Positions 8,288 through 12,983 of a stretch of 12,983 bases of DNA are shown in pieces. Source of the stretch: Octopus sinensis (Eukaryota); NCBI RefSeq assembly GCF_006345805.1, contig NW_021826436.1:1-12983 (forward strand), read 5' to 3'. Both the position numbers and the translations under genes were made by a program. Below the pieces are notes generated by a model. It saw only the letters and a list, made by a program, of their open reading frames with translations. It was not told the origin of the DNA and ran no database searches. Position 1 is the first letter of the stretch; the number at the start of each line of letters is the position of its first letter.

Positions 8288-8704
8288 TTTTTTACTTATT
8301 TCAGTCATTTGACTGCGGCCATGCCGCAGCACCGCCTTTTAGCCGTACAAAATTGACCCCGGGACTTATTCACTGTAAGCCTAGTACTTATTCTATCGGT
8401 CTCTTTTACCGAACCGCAAGTTACGGGACGTAAACACACCAACATCTGCTGTCAAGCGATGTTGACACACAAACATACACACACACAGATATATATACAA
8501 ATACATACACGCACATACGTGTATATATATATGTATATATACGACGGGCTTCTTTCAGTTTCCGTCTACCAAATCCTGTCACAAGGATGTGGTCGGCTCG
8601 AGACTATAGTAGAAGACACTTGCGCAAGGTGTCACTCAGTGGTACTCAACCCAGAATCATGTGGTTGGGAAGCGAGCTTCTTACCAGACAGCCACTCCTG
8701 TGCT
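8288..8704 (-). mobile_element. SINE family A, full-length copy (tRNA-derived CORE-type, OR2-like)
   Basis: Minus strand has the A box TGGCTGTCTGG, B box GGTTGAGTACC, CORE-like ACCTTGCGCAAGTG, an internal (TA)/(GT) tract and the tail GCATGGCCGCAGTCAAATGACTGAAATAAGTAAAA. Confidence 0.92.
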
Positions 8705-8970
8705 TCATAAATTTTAAATTTGAAGTTATTTTTTAACTTTCTATAAGCAATGCAAAAATAATGTTTTTCAGTTTTCCATGCAAAGTACCCGAGTAAGGTT
8801 TTATTCAATCCTTTCGTTGCCTTATTCCAGCTGAAACACCTTGCATTGGTTTCAATTGCGTCATTAGTGTTTTTGATTTTCAATCTGACTGTTTTAAAAT
8901 CATCTTTATAACAAATTTACATCCAAATTTTACGATGTTATGTTCCTCACACAAAATTAATAAAAATGAA

Positions 8971-9201
8971 GATATAATCGACTTAATTCGTTTGTCTGTC
9001 CTTGTTTGTGCTCTCTGTGTTTAGCTTCTTGTGGGTAGTAAAGAAATAGATATTTCGTCTGTCTTTACGTTCTCAGTTCAAATTCCGCCGAGATCGACTT
9101 TGCCAGTCATTTTATCGGGGTTGCGTACTGGGGTCGATCTAATCCACTGCCCCCTCCCCTCCATAATTTCGTGTCTTGTGCCAAGAGGAGAAAGTAATAT
9201 T
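8971..9201 (+). mobile_element. Tandem SINE family B fragments: tail type 1 (8971-9048) fused to a 5'-truncated unit with tail type 2 (9049-9201)
   Basis: 8971-9048 matches the tail of 3334-3564. 9049-9201 carries the B box GTTCAAATTCC and a tail matching 12803-12870. Confidence 0.87.
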
Positions 9202-9253
9202 CCAAAGTAGTGCAAAGACTAACGCATCACCAGGTCCAAGAATCACACATCTG

Positions 9254-9340
9254 AGTATGTATGTGCATATGTGTGTATGCATATATATATGCGTGTGTGT
9301 ATGCATGTGTGTATGTATATATGTATTATATATATTATAT
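9254..9340. repeat. (TATG)/(GT)/(TA) low-complexity tract
   Basis: Directly visible. Confidence 0.85.
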
Positions 9341-9599
9341 GATATTATCTGCTGAATAAAAAGCAATCAGTGTTTTCTTTTCATTAAAAAATTATTATTT
9401 CAATAAAATTTTTGGTTTTGTTAAACGAAGTTAAGACAAGAAAAACTTCTTGAGAAACCAAATAGTCTTTCCTTCCTTAATGCCAACTTTGAAGAAAATA
9501 TCTCTTTTGTATCTTACTTTTTTGGTCTCTTTTTTTGCGCAAACTGCACGTGCATTTTTATCGCGTACGCGTAGTATCGATCGCAACAGCTGATGTACT

Positions 9600-9801
9600 T
9601 GCGCGTACAAATGCACTTTCCCATGGCTTTATCGATCGTATTCTCATCTGGAATCGATTTTTGTAATTTTTTCAAGACTTATACACGCCCTGATACTGTC
9701 GGTATCTACATATCAAATTTGAGCGCAATCGGATGGAAGATGCCCGAGATCCTAGAAGACACACACAGACAGACAGAACAGAACGGATTTTATATAATAG
9801 A
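9600..9801 (-). mobile_element. 5' portion of a non-autonomous Helitron-like element
   Basis: Minus strand starts A|TCTATTATATAAAA (Helitron 5' TC terminus), followed by CTGT repeats and the core CATCCGATTGCGCTCAAATTTG. No 3' hairpin-CTAG was found, so the left boundary is uncertain. Confidence 0.62.
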
Positions 9802-9948
9802 TATGATATATTACTATAAGATATATGCAAATATATTTTCGATCTTTGGTATACATATGTATATCACTTCTTTACCAAATTACATATGCAAAGAGGAAAA
9901 ATAGATAGAAACGATAGTATAATTCACATACACACATATACACACAAA

Positions 9949-10023
<75 letters not shown>
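9949..10023. repeat. Compound (TA)n-(GA)n microsatellite
   Basis: Directly visible. Confidence 0.96.
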
Positions 10024-10026
<3 letters not shown>

Positions 10027-10219
10027 TGAGATCCTGAGGGACCTACGCAAAGTGGATGTAGGTGTTTTCAAATTAAAACTGGATCTCTCCTGTCGAGAGT
10101 CTCAAATGAACCTATCTAGCGGCAAGAGGTGCAAATGAGGGTAGTAGCATCAAACTCCCTCACTCACCTAATGCCACATATCAGAGGAGGCTCTCAATAA
10201 CAACAGTGTAGCAAAATAA

Positions 10220-10255
10220 TGGTGCCCCAGCATGGCCGCAGCTCTGATCTGAAAC
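10220..10255 (+). mobile_element. Isolated SINE 3'-terminal fragment
   Basis: GGTGCCCCAGCATGGCCGCAG...CTGAAAC matches the terminal motif of the family A tails. Confidence 0.6.
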
Positions 10256-10258
10256 TAC

Positions 10259-10306
<48 letters not shown>

Positions 10307-10467
10307 ATACGTATGCGCATATATACAATTTTATATATATATATATATAAGAGCGTTGTAGTTGGGTTGCAGCTTTGTAGTACAGAAGCAGAATGATAAA
10401 TGAAATAACAAATAAGAAAAACTAATAATAATGCAGAAAAAGCCCAATTTTTTGCGCCTGAAACACA

Positions 10468-10469
<2 letters not shown>

Positions 10470-10500
<31 letters not shown>
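10470..10500. repeat. Poly(T)31 homopolymer
   Basis: Directly visible. Confidence 0.95.
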
Positions 10501-10502
<2 letters not shown>

Positions 10503-10574
10503 ATTGTTAGAAGACTTCGTCGTTTCTCATTTCATACAGATACAGATACATACATACATACATGTATGTATAAC

Positions 10575-10608
10575 TAAATATATATATACAACATATATAT
10601 ATATTACC

Positions 10609-10691
<83 letters not shown>

Positions 10692-10720
10692 TATATATAT
10701 ACATACATATACATACTATA
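10575..10720. repeat. Imperfect (TA)n microsatellite
   Basis: Directly visible. Confidence 0.95.
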
Positions 10721-10735
10721 TAAACTTAGATAAAC

Positions 10736-10777
10736 TTAGATATGTTTCGACCAAAGATTGGTCCAGGCCATGTCTAA
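10736..10777 (-). ncRNA. Minimal hammerhead-like scaffold with non-canonical 5' core
   Basis: Minus strand reads TTAGA-CATGGCCTG-GACCAA-TCT-TTGGTC-GAAA-CA-TA-TCTAA. It has a 5-bp stem I, a 6-bp stem II closed by G-C and GAAA-CA-TA. CUGANGA is replaced by CAUGGCCUG. Confidence 0.5.
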
Positions 10778-10788
10778 CTTAATAGCAC

Positions 10789-10797
10789 CACCTGATG

Positions 10798-10860
<63 letters not shown>

Positions 10861-10990
10861 TATATATATATACTTTACTGGGTAAAGCACGGTTACTTTC
10901 ACCTCTGGATGCTCCAGAACCTGTTGTTGAGTGTCCCACCCAAAAGGAATCGATGCTAGATGTGTCGAAATAATTGTCGTGTTTAATAAA
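10789..10990 (+). ncRNA. Hammerhead-like motif with (TA)n and a long insert in stem II, followed by AATAAA
   Basis: CAC-CTGATGA (10789-10798) ... ATGTGTC-GAAA(10967-10970)-TAATTG-TC-GTG(10979-10981), with AATAAA at 10985-10990. The stem II register is imperfect: GATATAT/ATGTGTC pairing would borrow the core GA. Confidence 0.5.
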
Positions 10991-11249
10991 TTCTCGTATA
11001 TTCCATCTTCTGTCTTTCATATATATATATATATATATATATAGCAATAACAAAATGGAGGGGATCAATAGGTGGTTCGTTAACTTTTAGACATTATATT
11101 ATATTAACTTATTTATTTATTTACTAAACTGATAATTACAATAATATACATACATATAACATATTATGCTTTACATACAAGATATAAAATATATTGATAT
11201 ATAAGATACCAGTAATTATTACAAAATAACATACATGAATAAATTGAGA

Positions 11250-11350
<101 letters not shown>

Positions 11351-11487
11351 CGGAGATGTACTTGCATAGCGAGTGACTTGATCTGAGATCGTGTGCTGGA
11401 ACGAAAATAATTGCAGCGTGGAAGGTGTTTATAAGCCATTAAAGAAACACACAAAAGCCGTTGATTCACTTCAACATTTAAATTTAA

Positions 11488-11538
11488 TTTGTCAAAATAT
11501 TTTCGTCGCTTTCAGACCGCGACCTGTTCACTGACAAA
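11488..11538 (-). ncRNA. Minimal type I hammerhead variant with G3-C8 core swap
   Basis: Minus strand reads TTTGTCA-GTGAACA-G-GTCGC-GGTCTGAAA-GCGAC-GAAA-ATAT-TT-TGACAAA. It has a perfect 7-bp stem I, a 5-bp stem II, a palindromic ATAT stem III, and the core GUGAACA in place of CUGAAGA. Confidence 0.72.
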
Positions 11539-11805
11539 ATTCCGAGCTGCATCTCTTCCGTGCTGTGTGTATATATATATATATTGTTATACAATAACAG
11601 ACGAAGTCTGTTTAAACGGTAATGTCTGTATATTACTGATTATTTATATAATTAATTAACTATATTATTAATTCATAAAAAGGTCGTTTTTATTATCACA
11701 CTAATAATAACCACAAAAGAGGTGAATGTCTTGATTCCGGGGATAAGTATTCACTTTTAACTAACATTAAAAGACTTGGTATTAAAATTCTGGGTTTCAC
11801 TCCCC

Positions 11806-11807
11806 CC

Positions 11808-11851
<44 letters not shown>

Positions 11852-11858
11852 TCTCTCT
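11806..11858. repeat. (CT)n microsatellite
   Basis: Directly visible. Confidence 0.96.
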
Positions 11859-12041
11859 ACAAACAGCCAAAGTCTGTGGCTATTTTAAAATTATTTACAC
11901 ATTTTGATCAGTGCAAATAATATATTTTTTTCTGAGGAAAGTGGAAAATTTTCCTTAGATAATAAATGTTTGGTTAATATTATAAAACCGAAATTTTAAA
12001 TACTACTCCTTCTAAAACTACAATAACCACTATTACTACAA

Positions 12042-12062
12042 TTGATGATAATGATAATAATA

Positions 12063-12106
<44 letters not shown>

Positions 12107-12122
12107 AATGATAATAATAATA

Positions 12123-12207
<85 letters not shown>

Positions 12208-12260
12208 TAATAATAATGATGATGATTATGATAATAATAATTATAATAATAAAAATAATA

Positions 12261-12295
<35 letters not shown>

Positions 12296-12299
12296 AATG

Positions 12300-12354
<55 letters not shown>

Positions 12355-12363
12355 TAATAATAA
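12042..12363. repeat. Compound (ATG)n/(ATA)n trinucleotide microsatellite
   Basis: Directly visible; source of the poly-M/I and poly-H/Y ORFs. Confidence 0.97.
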
Positions 12364-12420
12364 ATGTATGGAGAACATCGATTGTTGAGATTGCTTATCA
12401 AGTTGTTGCTATCGTAATTG

Positions 12421-12590
12421 TAGTTTAGCCCTTGGTCTAGCAAACAGGCAGATCTATAGCAATGGTTTTCCAGCCATGGCCATCCTGTAATATCTGAAGT
12501 ATATTTCGTTCTCCCAAAGCACTTTTTGTACGATTTGAGTACAATTTAGCTGCTATTACCAACAGGTCAGGTGAGCACAGCGGGTTTCTT
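12421..12590 (+). mobile_element. Ancient unclassified repeat (family C), copy 2
   Basis: GTTTAGCCCTTGGTC...TTTTCCAGCCATGGCCATCC...GATTTGAG..TTTAGCTGCTATT; similar to 7803-7997. Confidence 0.55.
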
Positions 12591-12706
12591 TCTATTATTA
12601 TTGTTGTTGTTGCTATGAATTCGTGTATATGTATCTCAAAAACTACATTATTTAATGTGTTGCTTCAGCTAAAAAAATATTAAAAATTTTTTTTTAAAAC
12701 AGTAGG

Positions 12707-12777
12707 TTGTGATTTGAGGAAAAGTTGGCTACAATATCTAGCAAATCCAGTTGCCACATAGAGGCATCATCATCGTT
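12707..12777 (+). mobile_element. Family C 3' fragment, copy 3
   Basis: GTGATTTGAGG..TTGGCTAC..TCTAGCA...AGAGGCATCATCATCGTT; similar to 7931-7997 and 12533-12590. Confidence 0.5.
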
Positions 12778-12802
12778 GCCGTATGTCTGTAATCCTCAAG
12801 TT

Positions 12803-12983
12803 ATAATCTTTTCTACTCTAGGCACAAGGCTCGAAATTTTGGGGGAGGGGGCCAGTCGATTAGATCGACCCCAGTACGCAACTGGTAATTAATTTACCGA
12901 CCCAGAAAGGATGAAAGGTAAAGTCGGCCTCGGCGGAATTTGAACTCAGAACGTAAAGACAAACGAAATACTGATAAGCATTT
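12803..12983 (-). mobile_element. SINE family B with tail type 2 (runs off the window end)
   Basis: ATCGACCCCAGTACGCAACTGG..GAAAGGATGAAAGGTAAAGTCGGCCTCGGCGGAATTTGAACTCAGAACG matches 3407-3530; the tail is TTTTCTACTCTAGGCACAAGG. Confidence 0.92.

Noticed and set aside
9823-9886. Minus-strand fold ending GAAA-ATATAT-TT
   Set aside because: Helices can be drawn, but there is no room for a 5' core, and the AT-rich sequence pairs easily by chance.
10470-10540. Poly(T)31 as a retrocopy poly(A) tail, with a nearby GAAACGACGAAGTC
   Set aside because: No polyadenylation signal, TSD, UH site or stem II.
11931-11959. CTGAGGA...GAAA-ATTT-TC as a hammerhead
   Set aside because: No stem II; better explained as a simple hairpin TCTGAGGAAA/TTTCCTTAGA.

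Overview
AT-rich, microsatellite-dense eukaryotic non-coding DNA, intronic or intergenic. The SINE families look like those I recall from octopus genomes; this comes from memory, not a search. No intact protein-coding gene is supported. Almost all listed ORFs are microsatellite or SINE artefacts, and the only recognisable protein is a decayed, internally deleted mariner transposase (~4100-4565) between long inverted repeats. Other repeats: two tRNA-derived SINE families (one nested in the other with a 15-bp TSD), a Helentron/HINE-like element, a Helitron-like 5' end and an old unclassified family. The main unexpected signal is seven type-I hammerhead-ribozyme-like folds in six short (~200-300 bp), apparently unrelated islands lying between (TA)n/(TAA)n/(GT)n tracts. 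Most have the very short stem III typical of Penelope-like elements. Several have unusual cores: a G3-C8 swap, extra nucleotides, a replaced 5' core, or a very long stem II. There is also a cluster of overlapping perfect palindromes at 2481-2629 and a weak candidate for a spliced signal-peptide start on the minus strand (6011-6256).
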